A DNA stretch of 63,205 nucleotides, the filler included, from Olpidium bornovanus S191 (Eukaryota > Fungi > Olpidiomycota): the NCBI GenBank assembly GCA_017911155.1. It is 28 parts of 28 records of this genome, joined end to end, with 100 filler letters (N's around TTAATTAATTAA, not from the genome) between each part and the next. Parts side by side here need not be neighbours in the genome. Positions count along the whole stretch, not along the records: positions 61,924 to 63,205 come from JAEFCI010011280.1; 27 more parts are not named here. The stretch is one strand, 5' to 3'. Below the pieces are notes generated by a model. That model ran no database searches and was not told the DNA's origin. It saw only the letters and a program-made list of their open reading frames with translations. This document shows, one piece after another, positions 61,824 to 63,205 of this stretch; position 1 is the first letter of the stretch; each line of letters opens with the position of its first letter. The translations under genes and the position numbers were made by a program.

Positions 61824-63205
61824 NNNNNNNNNNNNNNNNNNNNNNNNNNNNNNNNNNNNNNNNNNNNTTAATTAATTAANNNNNNNNNNNNNNNNNNNNN
61901 NNNNNNNNNNNNNNNNNNNNNNNCCCGGCCGCGGGGGGGGGGGGGGGGGGGGGGCGGCCGAAGCACCGGATGGGAGAACAGAGAGTGGCTCTTAGGTTTG
62001 CGCGGCGCTCCCCGCCCGCCGCCGCCCGTTCTCGGACCGTTTCCGAAAACGGGCCCCGCTCGTAGGGTTCCGCAAGGCACGCGATCCTAAGACGACCTCG
62101 CCGCGATGCAAAAAAAAAAAAAAAAAAAACGAGACGCGGGGGAGACGAACAGGTTTTTTTTATAAAACCGTCCTTCCTTTCTGCGTTTCCCCGCGTGAGT
62201 GAAATAATGTTGAAGGGATAGAGGGGGAAACGCCGACGGCGATAAGGGGAAAAATCGATGCAACGCCAGGATGCATTCTAACGCACGCGAGAGGCGCGCG
62301 GCGGCAGGCGTGCGTGCGTCGTATGCAGGTGACGGGTGGATGTTGTGCGCGCCTGGACTCTGCCTTCATCAAAGTGAACACCGCCCCTGTACTTTACAGT
62401 ATACTACAGGGCAAGACACTGGACTGCATTGGCGTGCGAGGAATGAGCCCAGAGCCCAGAGCCACAGGGCCTGTCAAAAACCGTTTATCAATTTGATGCA
62501 TGGCGTTGAAGTCCACCACCATCGGCATTCCCCTCGGGCCGGAAACATCCGAGGGTGCGAGCAAGGGGGAAGCGGGGGGCGGGGGGCCGCCTGTCAAAAG
62601 TGTCGCGACCTGTGCAACCCGAAGAGGGCACGGTGGGGCGAGACGAGGAGCAGAGGAGGCCTTCGGCCTTCGTGCCTGCTGGAGGTAGCGCTGCTATCTG
62701 GCTACGTGGCCCACTTTATGTGGTCAGTCCGGAGTACGGCGCTGAGGAAAAGGCCCTCCGTTTCGCGCTGGCGCTGCGCTCCCAATCCCCCCCTTATCCC
62801 CCCCTCTTCCCTTTTCCCCTCGGCGGGGGCTCAGCGCCACCGGAAGGTCACGTGACCCGTTCTGTTTGGGTTGCCCCTCCAGGCCTTTGCTTCCCTTGCC
62901 CCTTCCCGCCCCTCCCCGTGACGCAAGAGACAGAAAAAAAAAACAAGCTACCTTGGCTGGCTGTTTCTGTCGCGCGCGCGCAAACGACCCCCGAGCCCCA
63001 CAAGGAGCAGCTATATTGCCACCACGATGGTTACTCCCGCGTACGTGCTGTGCCGGTTTCCAAAGCCGGAGCGCGCCGGAGGAGGGGGACACGGCTCCTA
63101 AGGGGACGCGGCCCCAGGGGGACGCGCCAACGCGGAGCCAGATGCCGGAGGCCCTCGTGCTGCCCGCTTGCCCGTCCCCCCTTGTTTGCCCCCCCGGGAG
63201 GAGGG

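Noticed and set aside
62300-62600. Coding-like minus-strand segment GMPMVVDFNAMHQIDKRFLTGPVALGSG
   Set aside because: Probably an exon, but no family was recognised and splice sites were not resolved, so it is not called as a feature.

Overview
This is not one genomic locus. It is a pseudo-scaffold of 28 short contigs (internal ones 1.2-6.3 kb) joined by 27 identical artificial 100-bp spacers (N44-TTAATTAATTAA-N44, stops in all six frames). The DNA is GC-rich, intron-rich and eukaryotic. Gene content (SPT7, UTP11, SPE3, glycogen synthase, a LAM/GRAM protein, RPR2, SQT1, RSP5, a GT15 mannosyltransferase, MRPL12, cwf18) points to a fungus. TPX2 and the intron style suggest an early-diverging, probably zoosporic lineage; an Olpidium-like draft is my guess and is not verified. 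Most long ORFs in the six-frame track are shadow or low-complexity artefacts, and real genes had to be rebuilt from GT-AG exons. Best leads: a secreted single-domain BPI/LBP-like protein; a secreted Asn/Lys-rich protein with no acidic residues; an LTR element with a half-tRNAiMet primer site but a gypsy-like gag; a glycogen synthase with changes at normally invariant motifs; a DUF1917/Bles03-like pseudogene cut by a dispersed repeat; a palindrome cluster; and a strong CATG bias at contig ends. All family calls come from motif recognition by eye; no database searches were run.
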